Part shown: positions 36,306 to 45,362 of the stretch, piece after piece
How positions within the stretch are numbered: position 1 is the first letter of the stretch
Layout: each line of letters starts with the position of its first letter
Assembly: GCA_038231435.1 (NCBI GenBank)
Contig: JBBRLJ010000014.1
Location: forward strand, 1 to 64,000
DNA length: 64,000 bases
Origin: Planctomycetota bacterium
Lineage (GTDB): Bacteria; Planctomycetota; UBA11346
Reading direction: 5' to 3'
The notes under the pieces: model-generated
Told to the model about the DNA's origin: nothing
Databases searched by the model: none
Seen by the model: the letters and a program-made list of their open reading frames with translations, nothing else
Program-made: the position numbers and the translations under genes

Positions 36306-39300
36306 CTACTTCCCATCCACCAGCTCAGCGAGCCGCCAGCGCAGGTAATCCTGCTCGAAGGCCGACAGCGTCGGCGGCAGGCGCGGGTCGGCAGCGATCG
36401 CCCGGTACGCGGCCAATGCGTCGGCGCGGGAACCTCGGTGATCGGCGCGCAAGGCGCGAGCCCAGGTGAGCCGCAGCTCCAGCGCGCGCTTGCAGGGCTG
36501 AGCCAAGAAGCCGGCCTCGTCGATGGTACCGGCGATGAAGGCGCACAGGTGGTAGATGCGTTGGCCGTAGAGCCAGCGCGTGCGCTCGAGCGGCGATGCC
36601 AACGCCGACGCCAGCCTTGACGTATCGATGGCCGCGCGGGTGCTCGCGCCGACCACGGGATCGCGATGCGCGGCATCGTTCTCCTCCGCGATGGGCAGCA
36701 GGGCAGGAAACACGTACTTGGCGAATCCCAGCTCATCCGCGTCGCACGGCACCTGGGCACGATCGAGGTCGGCGAGCAGGGCATGGGCCTGGTCGCGCTG
36801 GCCGAGTTCGAGCAGACGCACCACCGCCCGATAAAGTACCTCGTAGGCCCGCGGATTCGCCACGATCAGTTCACCGATGCGATCCTGCGCCAGCAGCCCG
36901 CGGGCAACGGCGACGGGGAAATCGAGACCGGCGAGCTCGTCATAGCGCTTCAGTCCGATCAGGGCTTCGGTCATCAGTGGTTTGTCGTTCGGCGCGGCGC
37001 GCATGACCTCCTCGTAACGCCCGAGCATCAGCAGTGCCTGGCAGCGCACCGTGCCGTCGCATGCGGGGTCGTCGGCGACGGCGGCAGCCCCTCCGCGCTC
37101 CATCCGGCATTGCCAATAGAACCAGCCGTATTCGGGCTTGTCGCCGACCAGGCCCATCTGGAACTGGGCCTGGATGCGCTGGTACGGTTCGGTGGTCAGA
37201 CGCAGGACGTCGTCGTACAGGCCCATGTTCAGGCGCGCTTGGTTCGCGGGAGTCGATTCGGCCGGATAGGAGTCGGCCAGATCGCGGAAACGACCGAACT
37301 GGCTGAGGACGCGCCAGGAATTGGATCCATAGATGTTCGACCACCACGAAACCCCATACCGTTCACCCCAAGCCCGCAGCTCGGCGTAGGTCGTGACGAT
37401 GCGGTCGCCCGTATCGGCGCGGAAGACCGGATCGGAGACCGCGCCCACCGGCAATGGCTCGAGCTCGACCATGTGCTCCTGGGCTATCTGGGTCATGACC
37501 ATGCGCAGCAGCGGATGCGAGCGGTACGCGGCGAGCGCGGTGCGCAGGCGCAGGGCCTCGTCGACCTCGCCATGCCTGCGCGCGACCTGGAGACGCTCGT
37601 AGAGGGCATAGGGGATCAGTTCGTGTCCGGGATTGTCCTGTTCGAATCGCGCCAGCAGCGCGAGTCCGCGCGCATCGTCCTCGGCGGTATGCGCGCGTAG
37701 CGCGCATACCGCCTGGCGGAACAACGCTGCGCGCGCGATGGCGGTGCCAGGGTAGGAGCGTTCGAGATCGATGTACTGCGCTTCGGCCTGGACATAGTCG
37801 CCAAGTTGCAGCAGCTTGTCGCCGACGATCAGCGGCGAGACGCGCTGGGGCAGCGGTCGATGGTAGATCGAGACATTGCTGAACACGCGGGGCGCCGGAC
37901 CGGGGCAATCGAAGCCGAAGACATTGGGCGTGTCACCGTAGATCTCGGTCGGATCAAGGTAATCGAACACCGTACGCCCATCCATGATCAGGCGCAATCT
38001 GCCGCCCTCCTTCTCGAGCGAAAAATGGTAGGTGCGCGCCTTCGCCAAGGGCTCGGGGAGATAGCTGTTGTCGAGGACCTCGTAATCCTTCCCGCGGGTG
38101 AGCGCGACATACGAGGGATTGCCCCACGAGCCGACGTGGAAGGTGTAGCCCGACATGCGATCGGCGCCGCCGATGAAGCAATTGAAGTCGGCATTGAGGT
38201 CGGGGCTCGCGAAATCCCACTCGTACTTGATCGCGCCCAAGGGCGACGGCAGGTAGGCGATATCGAGCCAGCCATTGGCGGGTCCGCGCGCTCGCAGCAC
38301 GTGGTCGCGCAGGGCGTCCTGATCGATGTGCGCGGCATCCGAGAACGCGACCGCCTCGCGCTTCGGCTCCCACCAATTCTCTTTCTGCGCCGACCAGTCC
38401 TTGGCCAAGGCACTGACTTCGGCCGGGAAACCCGGCCCATAGATGAGGTGCCAGCTGGCCTGGTCCTTGGCCTTCTCGGCTGCGAACATGCCGAGGATGA
38501 CCGCCAGCAGGGCCACCGCCACCGCACCGGTCCACACCGCGCGGCGATTGCGCCGGTACCATCGAGCGACCGCCGCGCGCACGCCATCGCGGTAGGCGCT
38601 GACGGCTTGGCCGGCCTGGTAGGCGCGCAGGTCGGCGAGCATGTCGTCGGCCCGCTGATAGCGGCGGCCCGGGTCGGCCGCCATGGCCTTGAGGGCGATC
38701 GCGGTCAGTGGCGCCGGGGACATGCCGTCCTCTGCGAGCGTGGGCGCATCGACATCGCCGCGCCGCTTCTTGTTCCAGAACTCGTCCGGATCATCCGACC
38801 AGGTCGGCGGCCGCAGGAAGAGCGCATGGAACAGCGTGGCGCCCAGGCCGTAGATGTCGCTGCGGCGGTCGACGTTCTCGCGCCGCGCCTGTTCGGGGCT
38901 CATGTACAGCGGAGTCCCGTAGAGGCGCTGCGGGCCCGCCGCGTCGAGGCGGATGGCGCTGCCCCAGTCGACCAGCAGGATCTCGCCATAATCGCCGAGC
39001 ACGATGTTCTCGGGCTTGATGTCCTGGTGGACGATGCCGCGGTGATGGGCGTAACCGAGCGCCTGGCAGACGCCGATCGCCATGTTCACCACCGCATTCA
39101 GGTCCGACAGCGGGGGCTCGCGGCGTTCGCGCGTCGACAGTTGCAGCACCGAGGCGAGCGCGTGACCGCCAATGCGCGGCATGGTGAAGTAGGGGCGCCC
39201 GCGATGGTCGACGTCGATGTCGTGGACCGGCAGCACGTTCGGGTGGGTCAGCGACGCCGCGATGCGGGCTTCGTCGATGAAGCGCGCCTTGGCCTCGGAA

Positions 39301-39761
39301 TCGCCGGACGCCACCAGCACCTTCAGCGCCACTTCACGGTCGAGATCGCGATCGACCACCGCGTAGACGCGCCCGCTGGCGCCGACGCCGAGCAGGCTGT
39401 CGAGACCGTACCTCGCCGCGGTGGCCTGTGCGGCCTCCGGGAACTGATCGGCCGACATCGCTTTCCGGGCGAGCAGCGGAGCTTCCGCGTCGGCGCCTGC
39501 CGGCGCATCGGCGCTGGCGGCCACCGTCCAACCTCCGTCACCGTGGGGCCGATCTCCATCCCGCCCGGGGCCGGCCGCAGCTGGGGTCGCGGTCTCGGTG
39601 CGTCCGAACAGCGCACTGCGCGCATCCGCCGTGGCGCGAGCCGCGGCGGAAGCTGGCTGGGGTGGAAGCTCGGACATGCACGCGCAGTCTAACCAGGGCG
39701 CGAGGCGACCCAATGCGACTTCGGGGTCGATGACCAGCTTCCTACGAGCAGCGTCGCTCAT
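36306..39761 (-). CDS. Membrane Ser/Thr protein kinase with lectin-like and TPR-like C-terminal region
   Basis: LGVGASGRV, VALK, HPNV, HQDIKPEN, DWG, GTPLYMSPEQ, DIYGLG; TM segment after RRNRR. Confidence 0.9.
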   Translation of the reverse strand: MSDAARRKLVIDPEVALGRLAPWLDCACMSELPPQPASAAARATADARSALFGRTETATPAAAGPGRDGDRPHGDGGWTVAASADAPAGADAEAPLLARKAMSADQFPEAAQATAARYGLDSLLGVGASGRVYAVVDRDLDREVALKVLVASGDSEAKARFIDEARIAASLTHPNVLPVHDIDVDHRGRPYFTMPRIGGHALASVLQLSTRERREPPLSDLNAVVNMAIGVCQALGYAHHRGIVHQDIKPENIVLGDYGEILLVDWGSAIRLDAAGPQRLYGTPLYMSPEQARRENVDRRSDIYGLGATLFHALFLRPPTWSDDPDEFWNKKRRGDVDAPTLAEDGMSPAPLTAIALKAMAADPGRRYQRADDMLADLRAYQAGQAVSAYRDGVRAAVARWYRRNRRAVWTGAVAVALLAVILGMFAAEKAKDQASWHLIYGPGFPAEVSALAKDWSAQKENWWEPKREAVAFSDAAHIDQDALRDHVLRARGPANGWLDIAYLPSPLGAIKYEWDFASPDLNADFNCFIGGADRMSGYTFHVGSWGNPSYVALTRGKDYEVLDNSYLPEPLAKARTYHFSLEKEGGRLRLIMDGRTVFDYLDPTEIYGDTPNVFGFDCPGPAPRVFSNVSIYHRPLPQRVSPLIVGDKLLQLGDYVQAEAQYIDLERSYPGTAIARAALFRQAVCALRAHTAEDDARGLALLARFEQDNPGHELIPYALYERLQVARRHGEVDEALRLRTALAAYRSHPLLRMVMTQIAQEHMVELEPLPVGAVSDPVFRADTGDRIVTTYAELRAWGERYGVSWWSNIYGSNSWRVLSQFGRFRDLADSYPAESTPANQARLNMGLYDDVLRLTTEPYQRIQAQFQMGLVGDKPEYGWFYWQCRMERGGAAAVADDPACDGTVRCQALLMLGRYEEVMRAAPNDKPLMTEALIGLKRYDELAGLDFPVAVARGLLAQDRIGELIVANPRAYEVLYRAVVRLLELGQRDQAHALLADLDRAQVPCDADELGFAKYVFPALLPIAEENDAAHRDPVVGASTRAAIDTSRLASALASPLERTRWLYGQRIYHLCAFIAGTIDEAGFLAQPCKRALELRLTWARALRADHRGSRADALAAYRAIAADPRLPPTLSAFEQDYLRWRLAELVDGK

Positions 39762-39812
39762 TCTGACGCGTGTTGGTCGCGCCGTCGCCAGATACCGTGC
39801 ATCCCCGCATGA

Positions 39813-40121
39813 TCAGTCCCCTTCCAACGAGGGATCCTCATCGTCTATCGGGGCCAGGAAATAGAGCCTGCTGTCCGCGTCGAAGCGGTGGATGCTCCAA
39901 CCGATGCGCGAGAGCAGGGACACCAGCTGTGACTTGGGGGCGGGTGGATCGTCAGCGCCCAGGATGCGGTCGGTGTCGTCGAAGTCCTCGTCCTCGGGCT
40001 CGACATGGATGAGGTAGCCCTCGTTCCAGCCGCCTTCCTCGCTCAAGCCCCAATGATGGTCCGGGAAGGCCGCCTTCAATGCCTCGAAGACCTGCTTGCG
40101 CGTGCTCGGCTGGGTGGTCAT
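39813..40121 (-). CDS. Acidic hypothetical protein (102 aa)
   Basis: Fills the gap between co-oriented genes; protein-like composition. Confidence 0.65.
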   Translation of the reverse strand: MTTQPSTRKQVFEALKAAFPDHHWGLSEEGGWNEGYLIHVEPEDEDFDDTDRILGADDPPAPKSQLVSLLSRIGWSIHRFDADSRLYFLAPIDDEDPSLEGD

Positions 40122-40191
40122 GGGCGATCCGGGACTGTCCTGATGGCGCCGGGAATTTCAACGGCGAGCGCGCGTACCCAAGAGGGAGCCG

Positions 40192-41418
40192 TCATACCGA
40201 CGGGGCCGGCGCCGATGGTCGCTCGGGATCCGTCGTGCGCACCGCCCGCGACAGCCACACCGCGGCGAGGACGGCCACGCACGACATCAGGCCGACCAGA
40301 TCGTAGTGGCGGATCGGGCCAGCGGCCTCGCTCACGATGATCATCGAGCTGACGGTGGTGGCGATGCCGCTGACCAGAGACTGCGTCGCCGAATTGATGC
40401 TCATGAATGCGCCGCGCTGGTGCGCGGCAACGCTCGCCGTGACCATCGCCGAAGCCGGTATGTAGCGGCCGCTCATCAGGATCATGAAGATGGTCGAGAC
40501 CGTCAGCGCCGCAGCGAGCGGCAGGCGCGGCAGATTGGTGAGAGCGATCAGCGGGATCAGCGACAGCAGTGCCACCCACACGAAAACACGGTGCTTGCCG
40601 TGACGGTCGGCGAGCCGGCCGATCACGCGCGCGGTGACGATGGTGGCGACGCCGCCGCAAATATAGATGTAGGCGAGCTGGCCATCCGCCAGGCCGACAT
40701 TGGTCACCATGTACGTCGCCATGAAGGGGATGATGGTGAATCCGGCGAAGGTCAATGCCATCATCATGGTCAGGGCGGCGGCGTGGCCGCGATCGGCGAG
40801 CAGCGCGCGATAGAAGCCGAACAGGCTCGCTTGCGAAGGCGGATGGACCAGATGCGCGCGCATCCGCGGCAGGCCGAGCATGGCGAGCGCGAGCGCTGGA
40901 ATGCTGGCCAGCGCGACCAGCGCGAACGCCGCATGCCAATCCCAGCGCGTGGCCGCCCACAGGCCGAGCGGCACGCCTATCACCGAAGCCAGCGAGAACG
41001 CGGTCATGATCGCGCCCATGGCCGCGCCGCGACGTTCGTAGGGGATCTGATCGCCGATGATCGCGAACACGAGCGCGCCGAGCACGCCGCCGAAGGCGCC
41101 GGCGAGGATGCGGCCCACCATCAGCAGCGCATAGCTCTGCGCACAGGCGCACGCCACCGTGCCGAGGATGAAGCCGGCATAGAGCAGGATGAGCGCGCGC
41201 TTTCGGTCGAAGCGGTCGAGCAGGCGCGAGGCGACCAGCGCCGAGAGCCCCGCGCTGAGGTTGTAAGCCGATACCAGCGCGCCGAAGCCGTGCGGCCCGA
41301 TGTCGAATGCGCGCATCAGCTGCGGGCCCAGGGGCATCATCACTACGAAATCCGTGATGTTGGTGAACTGCACCGTGGTCAGCAGCGCGACCAATAGGCG
41401 CTCCTGGCGGGTGACCAT
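40192..41418 (-). CDS. MFS transporter (DHA1-like efflux)
   Basis: About 12 TM segments; motif A LLDRFDRK and GRLADRHGK; GRILAGAFGG. Confidence 0.92.
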   Translation of the reverse strand: MVTRQERLLVALLTTVQFTNITDFVVMMPLGPQLMRAFDIGPHGFGALVSAYNLSAGLSALVASRLLDRFDRKRALILLYAGFILGTVACACAQSYALLMVGRILAGAFGGVLGALVFAIIGDQIPYERRGAAMGAIMTAFSLASVIGVPLGLWAATRWDWHAAFALVALASIPALALAMLGLPRMRAHLVHPPSQASLFGFYRALLADRGHAAALTMMMALTFAGFTIIPFMATYMVTNVGLADGQLAYIYICGGVATIVTARVIGRLADRHGKHRVFVWVALLSLIPLIALTNLPRLPLAAALTVSTIFMILMSGRYIPASAMVTASVAAHQRGAFMSINSATQSLVSGIATTVSSMIIVSEAAGPIRHYDLVGLMSCVAVLAAVWLSRAVRTTDPERPSAPAPSV

Positions 41419-41598
41419 GGCCCGAGGATATCAGCGAGCTCGGAATCCGTAGCCCGCTACCCGCGCCGGAGCAGGCGGTTTAACCAACGTGATGGGAGCT
41501 TTCCTCGGTGTGATGCAATTACCTCATGCCGTAATATTCGACACGTCCGCCGCAACCTCCTGTCCATCCCCGGCGCACACTGTCGCCTGGAGGCACCA

Positions 41599-42744
41599 AT
41601 GGCCACCAGGGCGAATGGCGAGAATCTGCGCTGGTACCGATCACCGGTGAGCAAGGCCGACATGGCTCTGCTCAACCAGCGCAGCGATCTCAAGGGATGG
41701 CTGTGGACGCTCGGATATCTCGGGCTGCTGGCCACGACCGGCACGGCGGCGTACCTTGCGGTCGGGCGGCTGCACTGGGCGGCGGTGCTCGGCCTGTTGT
41801 ACGTCCATGGCACCTGCTGGAGCTTCCTGATCAACGGCTTCCACGAACTGATCCACGATTCGGTGTTCAAGACCAGGAAGCTGAACGAGTGGTTCCTCTG
41901 GATCTTCGGCTTCCTCGGCATGCACAGCCATGTGTGGTTCTGGGCGAGCCACACCGAACACCACAAGTTCACGCTGCATCCGCCCGACGACCAGGAAGTT
42001 GTCTTGCCAGCGCAGCTGAAGCTCAAGGACTTCCTCTTCAGCGCCGTGGTGAATCCGCTCGGCCTGAAGTGGAACCTCAAGACCAATCTGCGCCACGCCC
42101 GCGGCCGCCTCGAGGGTGATTGGGAACACCGGCTGTTCGCCACGGATGCCGAGAACCTTCGCCGGCTGGTGCGCTGGGCGAGATTCCTGCTCATCGGGCA
42201 CGGGGCGATCATCATTGGCTCGCTGTGCGTCGACCGCTGGGTACTGCCGGGCCACCACCTGTGGATGGTTCCGATCCTCACCACCTGCGCCAGCTTCTAC
42301 GGCAATGCGCTGCACTGGCTCTGCAACAATACCCAGCACGTCGGATTGCGCGCCAACGTGCCGGACTTCCGGCTCTGCTGCCGGACCATCCGACTCAATC
42401 CGCTGATCCGATTCCTGTACTGGAACATGAACTACCACACCGAACACCACATGTTCGCCGCGGTACCCTGCTACAATCTGGGCAAGCTCCACCGCCTGAT
42501 CAGTGCTGACCTGCCCCCCTGCCCCAATGGCCTGTACCAGTCCTGGATGGAGATCGCGCGGATCATGAGGCGTCAGCGCGCCGAGCCGGGCTACGTCTTC
42601 ACCGCCCCGGTCCCGACCAATCCCCCTGTCGAGACCCTGGCCACCGCCTCCTCCGCAACGAATCCCAGCAGCGATCCCGCATCGCCACGGTCAAACGATA
42701 CCCGCCCGACGCTCGAACCGGAGAAGCACATTGTCGCTTCCTGA
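41599..42744 (+). CDS. Membrane fatty-acid desaturase / hydroxylase family protein
   Basis: His boxes HELIH, HTEHH, QH, HTEHH; GGAGG SD. Confidence 0.88.
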   Translation: MATRANGENLRWYRSPVSKADMALLNQRSDLKGWLWTLGYLGLLATTGTAAYLAVGRLHWAAVLGLLYVHGTCWSFLINGFHELIHDSVFKTRKLNEWFLWIFGFLGMHSHVWFWASHTEHHKFTLHPPDDQEVVLPAQLKLKDFLFSAVVNPLGLKWNLKTNLRHARGRLEGDWEHRLFATDAENLRRLVRWARFLLIGHGAIIIGSLCVDRWVLPGHHLWMVPILTTCASFYGNALHWLCNNTQHVGLRANVPDFRLCCRTIRLNPLIRFLYWNMNYHTEHHMFAAVPCYNLGKLHRLISADLPPCPNGLYQSWMEIARIMRRQRAEPGYVFTAPVPTNPPVETLATASSATNPSSDPASPRSNDTRPTLEPEKHIVAS

Positions 42745-42887
42745 CCGCCGTTAGCGCGACCGACATCACATCCTCGTACCTGCCTAGGCTCTCTACTTTC
42801 TGCCTCATGCTTCTGGCTCTTCCATATCCACCTTCCCCTCCTTCCCTTCCCCCCTCCCCCGTGGACGCTCGCGCTCACGGAGACGTC

Positions 42888-43289
42888 ATGAAGGCCACCG
42901 AGCTCATCCAGGAATATTACCGGCGGTTCAACGCCGGCGACCGCACGGCTTTCCTCGAACTGCTCGCCGACGACGTGGCCCATGACATCAACCAGAGCCA
43001 TCGCGAAGTCGGCAAGGACGCCTTCCGGGTGTTCATGGAGCGTATGGATCGCAGCTACCGCGAGCGCATCGCCGACATCGTGGTCATGGTCGACCCCAGC
43101 GGCATTCGCGCCGCGGTCGAATACGTGGTGCATGGCACGTACCTTGCCACCGACCAGGGCCTGCCGCCCGCGCGCGGACAGACCTACACGCTACCCGGCG
43201 GCGCCTTCTTCGAGATCCGATCCGGCAAGGTCCTCCGGGTCACGAATTACTACAATCTCGAGGACTGGCTGCGCCAAGTGCGGGCGTGA
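42888..43289 (+). CDS. Ketosteroid-isomerase-related (NTF2/SnoaL fold) protein
   Basis: YYRRFNAGD, LADDVAHDINQ, GQTYTLPGGAFF, RVTNYYNL; GGAG SD. Confidence 0.88.
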   Translation: MKATELIQEYYRRFNAGDRTAFLELLADDVAHDINQSHREVGKDAFRVFMERMDRSYRERIADIVVMVDPSGIRAAVEYVVHGTYLATDQGLPPARGQTYTLPGGAFFEIRSGKVLRVTNYYNLEDWLRQVRA

Positions 43290-43332
43290 AACATCGGTGA
43301 CCCGTCTGCCGTCGCGCGCGCTCCACGACCCG

Positions 43333-44172
43333 TCACCGGATGCGATAGGCTCCCGGCGCGCGCGCATCTGCGAGCGGCCTGACCGTGCCCTGCTCGCGTG
43401 TTCGCCGCAAGAGCTCCAGATCGAGTTCGGCCAGCACGGTCACCGGCTGATCCCAGCCACCTTCAGCGGCGAGGCCATCGCGTGCGAAGCCGGCATCGCT
43501 CGGTGTCAGCACGCCGGCCGATCCGCAGGCCTGCTCGAAGTCGGGCACCGACGGCATGGCGCCGACCAAGGGGGCATGGACGACGTAGACGGTGTTCTCG
43601 ATGCAGCGCGCGTGCGCACACCAGCGCACGCGCTGGAACCCCGCGCGGTCGTCCGTCCAAGACGGCACCGCCAGCACCTCGGCCCCGGCGCGTGCCGACG
43701 CGCGCGCGAGCTCCGGGAACTCGATGTCGTAGCACACCAGGATAGCGAGACGTGCACCAGCCACCTCCACGATGCGCAGGGCGTCGGTCTCGGGCAGCCC
43801 CCAGTGGCGCTCCCAGGGCGTCGGATGCAGTTTGTCCTGGGTGATCTCGCTGCCATCTGGCTGGACGAGCAGCGCGCGGTTGAACGAGATCTCTCCCTCG
43901 CGCACGATGTGGGTCCCGCCGAGCACGGCGATGCGATGCTCGCGCGCGCTGGCGATGATCGTCGCGCGCCACAGCGGCGTCCATCGCGACCAGTCGCGGT
44001 CGAGCGCCAACAGTGGAGACGTCAGGTACTCGGGTAGGACGATCAGCGCGGCGCCACCATCCGCCGTAACGCGTACGCGCGCGCGTACGTCCTCAGCCCA
44101 GGCCTCGGGACTGGCGGCCGGAGCCAACGGAAATGCCGAAGCGGCCACGGTCAGGGTCAGCGTCATCGCCAC
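43333..44172 (-). CDS. Carbon-nitrogen hydrolase (nitrilase superfamily)
   Basis: Catalytic triad in VLPEY, QDKLH, VCYDIEFPE; ARCIEN. Confidence 0.9.
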   Translation of the reverse strand: MAMTLTLTVAASAFPLAPAASPEAWAEDVRARVRVTADGGAALIVLPEYLTSPLLALDRDWSRWTPLWRATIIASAREHRIAVLGGTHIVREGEISFNRALLVQPDGSEITQDKLHPTPWERHWGLPETDALRIVEVAGARLAILVCYDIEFPELARASARAGAEVLAVPSWTDDRAGFQRVRWCAHARCIENTVYVVHAPLVGAMPSVPDFEQACGSAGVLTPSDAGFARDGLAAEGGWDQPVTVLAELDLELLRRTREQGTVRPLADARAPGAYRIR

Positions 44173-44176
44173 ATGG

Positions 44177-44812
44177 TCAGCGAAAATCTGGATTGCGCCA
44201 CTCCATCAGCAATGCGCAGCCCGCGGATTCGACGTCGTCGAGGTAGGCGCGCACCACCCTGATCGGCTCGAGGCCGGCGCTCAGCTGGGGCGTGATCACC
44301 GGATCGAGCACCCGGCCGGCGAGGACCTCGCGCGCATAGTCCTCTGGAGTGGTACCCGGGTGCGCATCCCGGTAGGCCGCGTAGCCGGCGAGCCTGCTGC
44401 CGGCGAGGAAGCGGCGCAGACGCAGGCGTCTGACCAGCGCGTAACGTGCCTGGTACAAGGCTCTGGCGATACCCTGGCCGCGCCACGCCGGGCGCACCGC
44501 GACATCGACTCCGTAGAGCGTGTCGCCTGCGGGATCGTGGTTGCGCAGATAGCCGCCGTCGGAGGCCTGGGCCCAGGTATGATCGCCGTCGTCCGGGCTC
44601 CAGCGCTGCACGTGCGCGGTGGCGGATGCGACCAGGGTGCCATCTCCGCTCTCGGCACAGAGCGCTCCCTCGGGAAATACCCGCGCATGGGTCGCGATCT
44701 GCTCGGCGTTCCACCACAGCTCCTGGGGAAACGGCGGCGGGAAGCATTCGCGCTGGATGGCGATCAGCGCAGCGAGATCGGCGGGGCCGTAGGAACGGAT
44801 GCGCGGCGGCAT
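44177..44812 (-). CDS. GNAT acetyltransferase (YkwB-like)
   Basis: FPEG, NHDPAGDTLYGVDVAVRPAWRGQGIA, DPVITPQL, YLDD.ES, LMEWRNP. Confidence 0.88.
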   Translation of the reverse strand: MPPRIRSYGPADLAALIAIQRECFPPPFPQELWWNAEQIATHARVFPEGALCAESGDGTLVASATAHVQRWSPDDGDHTWAQASDGGYLRNHDPAGDTLYGVDVAVRPAWRGQGIARALYQARYALVRRLRLRRFLAGSRLAGYAAYRDAHPGTTPEDYAREVLAGRVLDPVITPQLSAGLEPIRVVRAYLDDVESAGCALLMEWRNPDFR

Positions 44813-44977
44813 GCGCGGCACGGTACCGGGCGCAGGCGGGGCGCACGCGAATCCGCCCACGTCCGTATGGCATGACGACGCCTGAGGCGCCGAAACGGAT
44901 GACTGGTGATTCGTTTGGTCCATGATGACGCCAGTCACTGCGCAGAGACGGACGAAACCGATACGAAGGAACAACCC

Positions 44978-45346
44978 ATGAGCATCCGACTGGAACGGCT
45001 CATTCCGGTGCTGATGGTGCGCGATGTCCAGGCCTCCATCCGCTTCTACGCCGACTGCCTGGGATTCACGCTGACATTCACGGATGCGTCGACCGTGCCT
45101 CGCTATGTCGGCATGGAGCGCGACGGCATCCTCATCCACATGCAGTGGCATGACGCCCGCGAATGGGATTTCCCGAACGATCGGCCGACCTACCGCATCG
45201 TGGTCCAGGACGTCGATGGGCTGCACCGCGACCTCGCCGGCCGGATTGCGCGCTGCACCGCGGTGTGGGATACGGATTGGGGGACGCGCGAATTCCACGT
45301 CCAGGATCCGGACATGAACGGCCTGCAGTTCTACCGCATGCGCTGA
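44978..45346 (+). CDS. VOC / glyoxalase-bleomycin resistance family protein
   Basis: PVLMVRDVQASIRFY..LGF, VQDVD, WGTREFHVQDPDMNGLQF; AAGGA SD. Confidence 0.9.
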   Translation: MSIRLERLIPVLMVRDVQASIRFYADCLGFTLTFTDASTVPRYVGMERDGILIHMQWHDAREWDFPNDRPTYRIVVQDVDGLHRDLAGRIARCTAVWDTDWGTREFHVQDPDMNGLQFYRMR

Positions 45347-45362
45347 GCTGCCGTCCTCGGCG

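Noticed and set aside
42790..42860. Pyrimidine-rich tract read as an N-terminal extension of the KSI-like ORF (also 28570-28625 for GH38)
   Set aside because: Low-complexity intergenic sequence; better starts lie downstream at 42888 and 28683.
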